DNA of 64,000 nt, from NCBI GenBank assembly GCA_963752475.1, contig CAVVYR010000019.1, positions 32,001-96,000 on the forward strand. The letters are read 5' to 3'. Source of the DNA: an uncultured Chloroflexia bacterium (GTDB lineage: Bacteria; Chloroflexota; Limnocylindria; Limnocylindrales; CSP1-4). The notes under the pieces are model-generated. The model did no database searches and had not been told where the DNA came from. It saw only the letters and a list, made by a program, of their open reading frames with translations. Within the stretch, counting starts at the first letter, position 1. The number at the start of each line of letters is the position of its first letter. The translations under genes were made by a program, and so were the position numbers. Below are positions 10,331-19,101 of the stretch, piece after piece.

Positions 10331-10354
10331 TTGTCAACGTTGATAACGATATCT
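10331..10354. promoter_or_regulatory. Overlapping LacI-type operators in the divergent promoter region
   Basis: TTGTCAACGTTGATAA (16-bp palindrome, one mismatch, central CG) overlapping GATAACGATATC; AT-rich patch; LacI gene in the operon. Confidence 0.65.
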
Positions 10355-10461
10355 AGGGCCTCAAGTGGCGGATAAATACATACCGCGGCACCGTCCTTTC
10401 AGCCGACTGAACAAGCTCGGACCTCTATCCACGCTTGAAACGGCTCGCTATACTCCCGCCC

Positions 10462-11151
10462 ATGGCTGAACAAACGAATGTTCACGACCCGGAGCTGCGC
10501 TTCGAGGACGTGCCGGGGAAGATCGGTGAGCGACTGACCAGCGCCATGGTCTCGGATTCGCTCGATGCGTCGGGGGTCCGTGGCCAGGTCATGGACGCAC
10601 GCATCGGCCCTGTGACGTCCGGTTCGCGGGCGGTCGGGCGGGCTCGAACCGTCTGCTTCGAGCCGAATGACCGGGACAGCGACGATCCCTACGGCGCAGC
10701 CATGGACTTCATCGACTCGCTCGGCCCCGGCACGGTCGCGGTCATCGCCACCGGCGGGGATGAGCGAACGGCCTACTGGGGCGAGCTCTTCAGCGCCTCG
10801 GCCAAGGGCCACGGGGCCGTGGGCACGGTCTGTGACGGACCCGTGCGCGACGTGGCCAAGGTGCGCCAGGTCGGCTACGACCTCTTCGCGCCGTCGTTCC
10901 GGCCGCTCGACTATCGTGCCCGGATGTACGTCACGAGCATGGCCCAGCCGGTCGAGTGCGGCGGCGTTCCCGTCGCGCCCGATGACCTCGTCTTCGCTGA
11001 CGAGGACGGCGTGGTGGTCGTGCCTCAAGCCGCGGAGGCAGAGGTGCTGGCACGCGCCATCGACCGAGCGACAGCGGAGAGCAACGTGCTCGAGGAGCTG
11101 CTCGGCGGTGCCAGCCTGCGTGAGGTCTGGGAGCGTTGGCACGTCCTGTGA
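10462..11151 (+). CDS. RraA family protein / HMG-CHA aldolase-like
   Basis: SDSLD, AYWGELFS, DGPVRDV, DLVFADEDGVVVVP; TATACT (10449-10454) 7 nt before the ATG (leaderless). Confidence 0.88.
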   Translation: MAEQTNVHDPELRFEDVPGKIGERLTSAMVSDSLDASGVRGQVMDARIGPVTSGSRAVGRARTVCFEPNDRDSDDPYGAAMDFIDSLGPGTVAVIATGGDERTAYWGELFSASAKGHGAVGTVCDGPVRDVAKVRQVGYDLFAPSFRPLDYRARMYVTSMAQPVECGGVPVAPDDLVFADEDGVVVVPQAAEAEVLARAIDRATAESNVLEELLGGASLREVWERWHVL

Positions 11152-11447
11152 ACGGAGCGACGGATCCTCGTCTGCTGCTGCTTGCCGACGGTGACAACGT
11201 GCTCATCACCACGACCTCCATCCGGGCCGGTGAGACGCTAAGCGTGGATGGTCAGCCCGTGGACCTGGCGGTCGACGTGGCCCTCGGCTTCAAGGTGGCC
11301 GCTGCCGACCTCGCCGAGGGCACCACGGTCGTGCGCCTGGGCATGCCCATCGGCCGGACCACGGCTGGCGTGGCACGTGGCGAGGTCATCCACACCCACA
11401 ACCTCGAGAGCCTGTACATGCGTACCCACGCGCGAGGAGAGCAGTGA
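11148..11447 (+). CDS. SAF-domain small subunit of a UxaA/GarD-type dehydratase
   Basis: DNV...GFKVA...GEVIHTHNLES; GTGA overlap with upstream gene. Confidence 0.88.
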   Translation: MNGATDPRLLLLADGDNVLITTTSIRAGETLSVDGQPVDLAVDVALGFKVAAADLAEGTTVVRLGMPIGRTTAGVARGEVIHTHNLESLYMRTHARGEQ

Positions 11448-12668
11448 TGGAGCTCACCGGCTACCTGCGCTCCGATGGGCGCAAGGGCATCCGCAACGTC
11501 GTCGCAGTGGCCTATCTCGTGGAGTGCGCGCATCACGTCGCGGGCCGCATCGGCGCGGGTATGGAGGACGACGTCCACGTCATCGGCTTCGGTGGCTGCT
11601 ACCCCAACGACTACGCCGCCATGATGCTCGAGCGATTGACCACACATCCGAACGTGGGCGCGGTCTTGCTCGTGTCGCTCGGCTGTGAGGGTTTCGACCG
11701 CGCCGAGTTGGCTCGGGCCATCGCGGCCTCTGGCCGACCCGTGGAGACACTGGTCATCCAGCAGGTCGGCGGCACGCGGGCGACGATCGAGGCCGGCCGC
11801 TCCTGGGTCAAGCAGGCGCGCGCAGCAGCTGGCCCGCCAGGAACGCGTGCCCATGGGCCTGGACGAGCTCGTCGTGGGCACCATCTGCGGTGGCTCCGAC
11901 AGCACCAGCGGCATCACTGCCAATCCGTCGGTGGGCCGGGCCTTCGAGAGTCTCGTGGATGCGGGCGCGGTGGCCATCTTCGAGGAGACCGGCGAGCTCA
12001 TCGGCTGTGAACACGCCATGGCCGAGCGCGCCATCACGCCCGAGCTGGGCCAGGAGCTCATCGACGCCGTGGAGAAGGCGGAGCGCTACTACACCACGCT
12101 GGGCCACGGCAGCTTCGCGGCCGGCAATGCCGAGGGTGGTCTCACCACCATCGAGGAGAAGTCACTCGGTGCCTACGCCAAGAGTGGCAGCGGGCCGATC
12201 CACGGGGTCATCAAGCCCGGCGACATCCCGCAGCACGGCGGCCTCTATCTGCTCGATGTCATCCCCGATGGCGAGGTCCGCTTCGGCTTCCCCAACATCA
12301 ACGACAACGCCGAGGCTGCCGAGCTCATGGCTTGCGGCGCCCACATGATCCTGTTCACCACCGGGCGTGGGTCGGTCGTGGGCAGTGCCATCAGCCCCAT
12401 CATCAAGGTCTGCGCCAACCCCGAGACGTACGCACGCATGTCCGAGGACATGGACGTCAACGCCGGCCGGATCCTCCATCGTGAGGCCAGCATCGACCAG
12501 GTCGGCGAGGAGATCTTCCAGCTCGCCCAGCGTGTCGCTGCCGGCGAGCCCAGCGCCAGCGAGGCCATGGGCCACCAGGAGTTCGTGCTGACGTACAAGA
12601 CGTTCGAGCCGGTCGGACCGGCCTGCCTGCCGTTGGTAGCGGCACCACCACCACCTGCGTCGGCCTAG
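11444..12668 (+). CDS. UxaA/GarD family sugar-acid dehydratase large subunit (frameshift near 11821)
   Basis: [28 protein letters not shown], then shifted frame [37 protein letters not shown]. Confidence 0.88.
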
Positions 12669-12678
12669 AGGAGGGGAG

Positions 12679-13137
12679 ATGCGAACGGTCGAGGAGTTCT
12701 TCGAGGACTACGAGATCGGCTTCGCCCGGGAGACCACCGGGCGCACGATGACCGAGGCCGACATCGTCTTGCATGCAGGGCAGACCGGCGACTTCTTTCC
12801 GCACCACATGGATGCCGAGTGGTGCGCCACGCAGCCGTTCGAGCGGCGCGTGGCACACGGCACGCTGGTGATGTCGATGGCCGTGGGCATGACTGCGGGT
12901 GACATCAATCCGCGGGCCATGAGCTACGGCTACGACCGCGTGCGCTTCGTAAGGCCGGTCCACATCGGCGACACACTCAAGGTGCGCGCGGAGATCACCT
13001 CCAAGTACGACCATAGGAAGCGCCCGGAGCAGCTGGGCATGGTCGAGGAAACGGTCACGGTCACCAACCAGGAGGCACAGGTCGTGCTCGTGCTGGTCCA
13101 CCTCTACGTGGTGGAGAAGCGCGGCGCGGCGGCCTGA
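12679..13137 (+). CDS. MaoC/PaaZ-like hot-dog dehydratase
   Basis: [37 protein letters not shown]. Confidence 0.9.
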   Translation: MRTVEEFFEDYEIGFARETTGRTMTEADIVLHAGQTGDFFPHHMDAEWCATQPFERRVAHGTLVMSMAVGMTAGDINPRAMSYGYDRVRFVRPVHIGDTLKVRAEITSKYDHRKRPEQLGMVEETVTVTNQEAQVVLVLVHLYVVEKRGAAA

Positions 13138-13151
13138 CAGCGGAGGGGAAG

Positions 13152-13475
13152 ATGCAACGACACGGACAGCTCATCGGGCTCGATCCCGAGCGGTACGACG
13201 AGTACGCCAAGGCCCACGCCGATGTGTGGCCGGGCGTGCTGGCGATGATCAAGGAGTGCAATATCCAGAACTACTCCATCTACCACCACGGCGGCATGCT
13301 CTTCGCCTACTTCGAGTACGTCGGTGACGACTTCGAGGCGGACATGGCCAAGATGGCGGCCGACCCCGAGACCCAGCGCTGGTGGGACTGGATGATGCCC
13401 ATGCAGCGGCCCCGCGAGGACCGGGCCGAAGGCGAATGGTGGCTCGAGATGAAGGAGGTCTTCCACCTCGACTGA
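13152..13475 (+). CDS. L-rhamnose mutarotase family protein
   Basis: YAKAHADVWP, NIQNYSIY, LFAYFEY, WWDWM, EVFHLD. Confidence 0.9.
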   Translation: MQRHGQLIGLDPERYDEYAKAHADVWPGVLAMIKECNIQNYSIYHHGGMLFAYFEYVGDDFEADMAKMAADPETQRWWDWMMPMQRPREDRAEGEWWLEMKEVFHLD

Positions 13476-13481
13476 GCGTGT

Positions 13482-13523
13482 GATGTCGCCCGAAGGTCGG
13501 GTTCGTCGATGAGCGGGCACATC
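13482..13523. repeat. Intergenic inverted repeat (REP-like or terminator between convergent genes)
   Basis: GATGTCGCCCG-N21-CGGGCACATC. Confidence 0.45.
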
Positions 13524-13548
13524 TGGCGCTTGCCGCCACGCGCCACGG

Positions 13549-14310
13549 TCAGTCGCCCCTGTACGACTCCGCAGGGACGGCCTTGACCACGTCATCGTCG
13601 TAACTCAAGGTGACAGCCTCGCCGGGCTTGATGACGAGGAAGTCCTCGTTCCACTCGCCGTCGAGCATCCGCTCGACGAGGCCCATGTCGCTGAGCACGG
13701 ACTCGAAGCGCCAGCCCCGGTCCTCCGTTTCTGTCTGTGCGCGTTCCTTGGCCACATCGTCGGGCGCCATACCGGTCTCGAGGAAGGCTCCGCGTGAGTA
13801 ATGCTGCTGCCAGTCGCCGAGCGCCTCCATGAGGTAGTCGGCGTTCTCCTGACCGTACTTCTCGACGTACTCATCGTACGTCGCCTTCACGCTGTTCGAT
13901 CGCTCCGAGCTGCCCAGGAGCGCGCCCATGAAGGCGTTGCCGCGCTTGACGTTGTCCTCGGTGAACCAGTACGTGCCCGGCGTCGACTCCTGCTCCTGCA
14001 TGTAGCGCTCGCGTGAGCCCAGGAAGATGGTCACGCAGTCGTGCGCCCGGGGCAGCACCAGCGGTACGCGCTTCGACTTGAGACCGCCGGTAGCGCCACC
14101 GCAGTACCCGTAGCCCAGGAGGATGGCGTCGACGTCGGGATCTTCGGCCTCGATGCGGTCGACGTGCTCCTGGATGAGGTCGCGCAGCGGCAGCGGCTCG
14201 TTGTGCAACGAGGCCGAGAGGTCGCTGATGACGATGTCGTGCGGCGACTCGGCTGCGAGCGTCTGCGCCGGCAGCATGAGCATGTCGCAGAGGAGGAGTT
14301 GGAGCCGCAT
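13549..14310 (-). CDS. DUF1638 domain protein (associated with corrinoid methyltransferase systems)
   Basis: LLCDML, SLHNEP, ILLGYGYCGG, PRAHDCVTIFLGSRERY, PGTYWFT. Confidence 0.85.
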   Translation of the reverse strand: MRLQLLLCDMLMLPAQTLAAESPHDIVISDLSASLHNEPLPLRDLIQEHVDRIEAEDPDVDAILLGYGYCGGATGGLKSKRVPLVLPRAHDCVTIFLGSRERYMQEQESTPGTYWFTEDNVKRGNAFMGALLGSSERSNSVKATYDEYVEKYGQENADYLMEALGDWQQHYSRGAFLETGMAPDDVAKERAQTETEDRGWRFESVLSDMGLVERMLDGEWNEDFLVIKPGEAVTLSYDDDVVKAVPAESYRGD

Positions 14311-14320
14311 GCGTCGATCG

Positions 14321-15013
14321 CTACGCGGACGCGGAAAGCGTCTCGGGGTTGATGACGCCGTCAGCTTCGCGCTCGCCGCGGGCGGCCTCTACCACGGCCG
14401 TGGCCACGTGGACCGCGCTCGCGGCATCGGGCGCCCAGCCGTCGGCACCGATCTCCCTGGCGAACTCGAGCGTGACCGGGGCGCCACCGACGATGACGCT
14501 TACGTGCTTGAGGTCGTCGGCAGCGGCCACGGCCTCGGTGACCTGGCGCATGTTTCCCATCGTCGTGGTCAGCAGCGCGCTGCAGCCGATGATGTCGGCG
14601 TTGTGCTCACGAGCCGCAGCGAGGTACTCGTCGGCACTGGTGCTCGTGCCCAGGTCGATGACCTCGAAGTTGGCGCCCTTGAGCATCATGGCCACGAGGT
14701 TCTTGCCGATGTCGTGGAGGTCGCCCTTGATGGTGCCCAGCACGGCCACCTTGTCCGGCTTGTGACCGGAGCCGATGAGCAGCGGCTCGAGCAGCGCCAC
14801 CGCGCCCTTCATGGCACGCGCGCTGATGAGCATCTCGGGGACGAAGATCTCCTGCCGGCTGAAGCGCTCTCCGACCACGCCCATGGCCTCGGTCATGGGA
14901 TCGAGGATCGCGTGCGGATCGAGGCCTTCCTCGATCGCGCCTTGGGTGATCTCGACCGCGGTCTCGCGGTCACCGGCCTCGACGGCCGCCTGGAGTCGCT
15001 CGAAGTCTGCCAT
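14321..15013 (-). CDS. Corrinoid (B12-binding) protein
   Basis: EIFVPEMLISARAM, GDLHDIGKNLV, SALLTTT, VGGAP. Confidence 0.95.
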   Translation of the reverse strand: MADFERLQAAVEAGDRETAVEITQGAIEEGLDPHAILDPMTEAMGVVGERFSRQEIFVPEMLISARAMKGAVALLEPLLIGSGHKPDKVAVLGTIKGDLHDIGKNLVAMMLKGANFEVIDLGTSTSADEYLAAAREHNADIIGCSALLTTTMGNMRQVTEAVAAADDLKHVSVIVGGAPVTLEFAREIGADGWAPDAASAVHVATAVVEAARGEREADGVINPETLSASA

Positions 15014-15069
15014 GTCCTCCCTCGGGGGCTGCGCTTCGCTAGCGCATCGGGGTTCGTGTGAGCGTCACT

Positions 15070-15939
15070 CTAGCGAACGGGCGGCCCCGGCGTGCGTGCA
15101 CGGCCACGGGTCGGCTGGGGCGTATCGAGGCCAAGGTGCCTGGCTGCCTCGCCGCCCATGCGGCCGGACTCGATGACCCGCTGCAGGAACTCGCGCGTGC
15201 GCTTTTCGTGCGGGTCGCCGAAGACTTGCGACGGGGGGCCGTCCTCGAGGATCCGGCCCTTTTCGAGGAAGCAGATGCGATCGGCGATGTCGCCCGCGAA
15301 GCCCATCTCGTGGGTGGCGATGATCATGGTCATGCCCGATTCGGCCAGTTCTCGGATGACGTCCAGCACCTCCGCCACCAGCTCGGGGTCGAGCGCCGAG
15401 GTGATCTCGTCGAGCAGCAGCAGGTCCGGCTTCATGGCCAGCGCGCGCACGATGGCGACACGCTGCTGCTGGCCGCCGGAGAGTCGATCTGGGTATTGTT
15501 CGGCCTTCTCCTCCAGCCCGAACCGCTGCAGCAGCGCCATGGCCTCGCTGCGGGCCGTCTCCTTGTCCTTCTTGAGCGCCTTCCGTGGCGCCAGCGTGAC
15601 GTTGTCGACGACACTCATATGCGGGAAGAGGTTGAAGGCCTGGAAGACGATGCCGATGCGCCGACGGATGAGATCGAGGTCCACCCCGCGCGCCGTGATC
15701 TCCTCGCCCTCCACCACGACGCGTCCAGCGTGGATCGACTCGAGGAGGTTCACGCACCGAAGCAGCGTGGACTTGCCCGAGCCCGAGGCACCGATGAGGC
15801 AAACGACCTCGTGCTCGGCGACGACGAGATCGATGCCCTTGAGCACCTCGAGGTCGCCGAAGGACTTGTGCAACCCCTCGATGCGCAGCGCCTCCTTGCC
15901 CAGGGATCGTCCACTGGCGCCGACGGTTCGTGCGCTCAT
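15070..15939 (-). CDS. Polar amino-acid ABC transporter ATP-binding protein
   Basis: Walker A GASGSGKST, LSGGQQQR, LLLDEITSALDPE. Confidence 0.95.
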   Translation of the reverse strand: MSARTVGASGRSLGKEALRIEGLHKSFGDLEVLKGIDLVVAEHEVVCLIGASGSGKSTLLRCVNLLESIHAGRVVVEGEEITARGVDLDLIRRRIGIVFQAFNLFPHMSVVDNVTLAPRKALKKDKETARSEAMALLQRFGLEEKAEQYPDRLSGGQQQRVAIVRALAMKPDLLLLDEITSALDPELVAEVLDVIRELAESGMTMIIATHEMGFAGDIADRICFLEKGRILEDGPPSQVFGDPHEKRTREFLQRVIESGRMGGEAARHLGLDTPQPTRGRARTPGPPVR

Positions 15940-16796
15940 CGAGCACCCGCCATCTGTCGCTTGCGGTCACGAGCCACCAGCCAGTCGACGAACCTGGACA
16001 TCGGGATGGTGAGCACCAGGAAGACCACAGCCACGACCAGATACGGCGTGTAGTTGAACTCCGCGGCCTGGATGATCTGTGCTTTGCGGAAGGCCTCGAC
16101 GATGCCCAGGAAGGCCACCAGCGCAGTGTCCTTCAGGAGGCCGATCGAATCGTTGAGCAGCGGCGGGATCACCCGTCGGACGGCTTGCGGCAGGATGACG
16201 TAGCGCATCGATTGCCCGGCGCTCAGCCCCAGGGAACGCGCAGCGGCGTTCTGGCTGGGATGGACCGACTCGATGCCGGCGCGGTAGACCTCCGCCACAT
16301 AGGCGCTCCAGATGAGCGTCAGTGCGATGACGGCAAAGAAGAACGGGCTGGACTCCAGGCCCGGGAGGCGCAGGGCCGGGATACCGAAGCCGAGCACGAA
16401 GATGACCAGGATGCTGGGCAGGCCCCGGAAGATGTCGATGTAGATGACCGCGGCAGCGCGGATGGGGAAGAAGACAGGCCCCGGAAGGCTGCGCATCACC
16501 GCTACGATCAGCCCACCGACGAGGACCAGCCCCTGCGCGGTCAGGAACAGTTGGATGTTGACTCGGAAGGCGTGGAGGATGTCGTCGAAGCGCTCGACGA
16601 AGACGTCGAAGTCGAGGAAGACGGCTTGGGCTCGTTCCCAGCCGGGCGAGTTGACCACGATGAACGCCACGACGACCAGCAACACGAGGGTGCTGGTCGT
16701 CGCGATCGCGACTGCTTTGGCGCCCGGCGGTGGATGCCGGAGCGCTTCGGCGAAGCGTTGGGACCGCGGGGGGCGTGTCGGTGTCGAGTCGCTCAC
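15936..16796 (-). CDS. Polar amino-acid ABC transporter permease
   Basis: YIDIFRGLP, SAYVAEVYRAGI, ILPQAVRRVIPPLLN, LLKDTAL. Confidence 0.95.
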   Translation of the reverse strand: MSDSTPTRPPRSQRFAEALRHPPPGAKAVAIATTSTLVLLVVVAFIVVNSPGWERAQAVFLDFDVFVERFDDILHAFRVNIQLFLTAQGLVLVGGLIVAVMRSLPGPVFFPIRAAAVIYIDIFRGLPSILVIFVLGFGIPALRLPGLESSPFFFAVIALTLIWSAYVAEVYRAGIESVHPSQNAAARSLGLSAGQSMRYVILPQAVRRVIPPLLNDSIGLLKDTALVAFLGIVEAFRKAQIIQAAEFNYTPYLVVAVVFLVLTIPMSRFVDWLVARDRKRQMAGAR

Positions 16797-16818
16797 GCTC
16801 CGCCCGCGGACGTTCGGG

Positions 16819-17730
16819 TCATTCGATGACGGGCACGCCCTGCGCCGCCGTGATCGTGGCGTCGTAGATGGCCTGCAGCTCGCCGCTGGCCTCGAGGGCC
16901 GCGATGGCCTCGTTGATGCAAGCGGTCAGCGGGCTGTCGAGGTCGAGGACAGCGCCGATCTGTTCCTCCTGCGCCGACGTCGGGAACTGACCCACGATGG
17001 TGCCGTCGGTCAGCTGCACCGCGACCGAGAAGAAGGCGCTGCCCAGGTCGAGCACCATGCCGTCGATCTGGCCGTTGTCCAGCGCCGTCACGAGGTCGGC
17101 GTTGTTGTTGAAGACTTGCGGCTCGTTGTCAGGCTGGATCTGCTCCTCGATGAACTGAAGGCTGGTGGTGCCAACAGCCGCGCCGAGGTTGTAGCCCTTC
17201 AGGTCGGCGATGCTGGAGACTGCGGTGATGTCGGTGCCGGCGTTCGCGACGAGCGATTGGTTGGCATCGAAGTAGGGATCGGTGAAGTCGACGTTCTCAG
17301 CACGCGCGGGTCGGATCGAGATCTGCGCCATGTGGAAGTCGAAGGGCTTGGGGCCGGGCTGGAAGGCAAGGCTGAACTCCGTGTTCTGCAGCCAATCCAC
17401 CTGCTCGTCGCTGAAGCCCAGGGCGTGCGCGATGGCGTAGGCGACGCCACCTTCGAGTCCTTCACCGCTCGGCGGGTAGCTGAACTCCCAGCCGCTGTCC
17501 GGGTCGACCGAAGGGTCACCACCCCACCACGGGCCGTAGGCCGGGTTGTCGGTGCTGAGCGTCAGGCGCCCGGGGTTCTTGAGCATGTCGTCAAGGTTGG
17601 CTGCTTGGCAGGCCTCGCTGACCATGGCTCCTTCGTGGTTGTCAGCCAGTGCCGCAAGCGGACTCGCGACAAGGGCAATGGTCGCTGCTCCTGCGGCGAG
17701 CACGCTTGCTCGTCGGCGGATCTCGGTCAT
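16819..17730 (-). CDS. Polar amino-acid ABC transporter substrate-binding protein
   Basis: Signal peptide, TDNPAYGPW, QISIRPARAENVDFTDPY; SD GAGGAGG upstream of 17730. Confidence 0.9.
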   Translation of the reverse strand: MTEIRRRASVLAAGAATIALVASPLAALADNHEGAMVSEACQAANLDDMLKNPGRLTLSTDNPAYGPWWGGDPSVDPDSGWEFSYPPSGEGLEGGVAYAIAHALGFSDEQVDWLQNTEFSLAFQPGPKPFDFHMAQISIRPARAENVDFTDPYFDANQSLVANAGTDITAVSSIADLKGYNLGAAVGTTSLQFIEEQIQPDNEPQVFNNNADLVTALDNGQIDGMVLDLGSAFFSVAVQLTDGTIVGQFPTSAQEEQIGAVLDLDSPLTACINEAIAALEASGELQAIYDATITAAQGVPVIE

Positions 17731-17821
17731 CTGGGCACCCTCCTCGTAGGTGTCTTGTGGGAAGCGCAATGGTCCCACAGCGCAGCAAGGAATGCCGTCC
17801 CGTGCCAGCATGCGCAACGTG

Positions 17822-18514
17822 ATGGACCCGAGCGCGCCACTGGGCTATCGAGGAGCGCAGTCTCCGCCACCCCAGCAACCGCCGCAGGGTGGACCCGGTG
17901 TACCTGTGGGCTCGCCGCCGGGACGGACCGGAGCACCCCCGGCCTACGCGCCGCCGCCCCCTGGCTACCAGCAGCGACCCTCGGGGCCGCCGCCGATGTA
18001 TGCACCACCGCAGCAGCCGCCCAAGCGCAAGAAGCGCACGCCGGCCAGCGACCCCGGCGGCCTCGTGGCCGGACTCGTCATCGCCGGCATCGGGCTCTTC
18101 TTCCTGGCTGGCCAGCTGGAGCCGGACATCGGCCGTTTCGTGACCGTCTTCATCGGTCTCGCGCTGCTGGCGGTGTTCGTGGTCACGCGCGAGTACGGCT
18201 TCCTCGTGCCGGGCTCGATCCTCACCGGTGTGGGCATCGGGATCGTGCTCGATTCGGCTGCCAGCGGGCAGGCCGAGAGCGGCGTGATGATGCTGGCGCT
18301 CGCCGGCGGCTTCCTCGGCATCTGGGTCATCGGCTCGATCTACCGCTTGTCTGAGAACCATTGGTGGCCGCTGATCCCCGGCGGCATCCTCACGCTCATC
18401 GGCATGGTCCAGCTGACTCGCACGGACGTGGCCGGCGCCCTGCGTCTGTGGCCGGTCGTACTCATCGTGCTGGGCGCGTTCCTGCTCGCCAAGGCCATCA
18501 CCCGCCGCGACTGA
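17822..18514 (+). CDS. Membrane protein with Pro-rich N-terminus (LiaF/DUF5668-like TM region)
   Basis: Pro/Gln-rich N-terminus, about 7 hydrophobic segments, WWPLIPG, LWPVVLIVLG; start uncertain (17792-17822). Confidence 0.75.
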   Translation: MDPSAPLGYRGAQSPPPQQPPQGGPGVPVGSPPGRTGAPPAYAPPPPGYQQRPSGPPPMYAPPQQPPKRKKRTPASDPGGLVAGLVIAGIGLFFLAGQLEPDIGRFVTVFIGLALLAVFVVTREYGFLVPGSILTGVGIGIVLDSAASGQAESGVMMLALAGGFLGIWVIGSIYRLSENHWWPLIPGGILTLIGMVQLTRTDVAGALRLWPVVLIVLGAFLLAKAITRRD

Positions 18515-18522
18515 CGTCCCCG

Positions 18523-18663
18523 GCAGCTCGCGCCCACCGGCCCGCACCCACCGGCCCGCACCCAGCAGCTCGCCCATCGGCCCGCACCCAGCAGCTCGCG
18601 CGCGGGTCGCCCACCGGCCCGCACCCAGCAGCTCGCCCATCGGCCCGCGCGCGGGTCGCCCAT
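18523..18663. repeat. Irregular tandem repeat, 26-bp unit CCCAYCGGCCCGCACCCAGCAGCTCG
   Basis: Three full copies plus partial copies, with a GCGCGGGTCG insert twice. Confidence 0.85.
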
Positions 18664-18715
18664 ATGGCATTCGGGTCGAATGTCGGCTCAGGCGGCCTTA
18701 GGCCCGAATCTGGCG

Positions 18716-18853
18716 ATGACCGCCTCGGCCCAGAACGTGCTCTATGCCCTGATCGACTGGTTCATGCCCACGCTGGCGAGGAACGAGGTCTACTGGCATG
18801 AGGTAGTGGGCCTACGGCCGCCGGAGGCACCATTCGACCAGGAAGCCTGGTGA
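18716..18853 (+). CDS. Small ORF (45 aa) or gene remnant
   Basis: MTASAQNVLYALIDWFMPTLARNEVYWHEVVGLRPPEAPFDQEAW; GC3-rich codons. Confidence 0.35.
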   Translation: MTASAQNVLYALIDWFMPTLARNEVYWHEVVGLRPPEAPFDQEAW

Positions 18854-18931
18854 CGGCGAGGCTGCTCCCGCGTCAGCGCTCTGAGATCGTCTGCGACGCC
18901 GAGGTCGGGTCTGCGCCCACGGCTTCGTATT

Positions 18932-19101
18932 GCCGCGAGATCCACAGCGGCCTCATGCGTGGCGCCGCGGCGAGCAAAGACCCGCCACGAGATCGGCAGC
19001 GGCCCCATGCGTGGCACCGCGGCGCGCAAAGACCCGCCACGAGATCGGCAGGGGCCCCATGCGTGGCACCGCGGCGCGCGACGACCGGCTACGAGATCGG
19101 C
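18932..19101. repeat. 52-bp tandem repeat (about 3.3 copies) overlapping the ligD stop
   Basis: Units begin at 18932, 18984, 19036 and 19088: GCCACGAGATCGGCAGCGGCCCCATGCGTGGCACCGCGGCGCGCAAAGACCC. Confidence 0.9.

Noticed and set aside
11810-11830. Programmed ribosomal frameshift in UxaA (also add and the permease)
   Set aside because: No slippery heptamer or obvious stimulator, and these families are not known to be recoded; a sequence error is more parsimonious
15014-15069. Cobalamin riboswitch upstream of corrinoid genes
   Set aside because: The gap is too short, and no B12-box motif was seen here or at 10245-10460
18523-19101. Possible CRISPR arrays
   Set aside because: Repeats are contiguous tandem units without unique spacers, and there are no cas genes in the window
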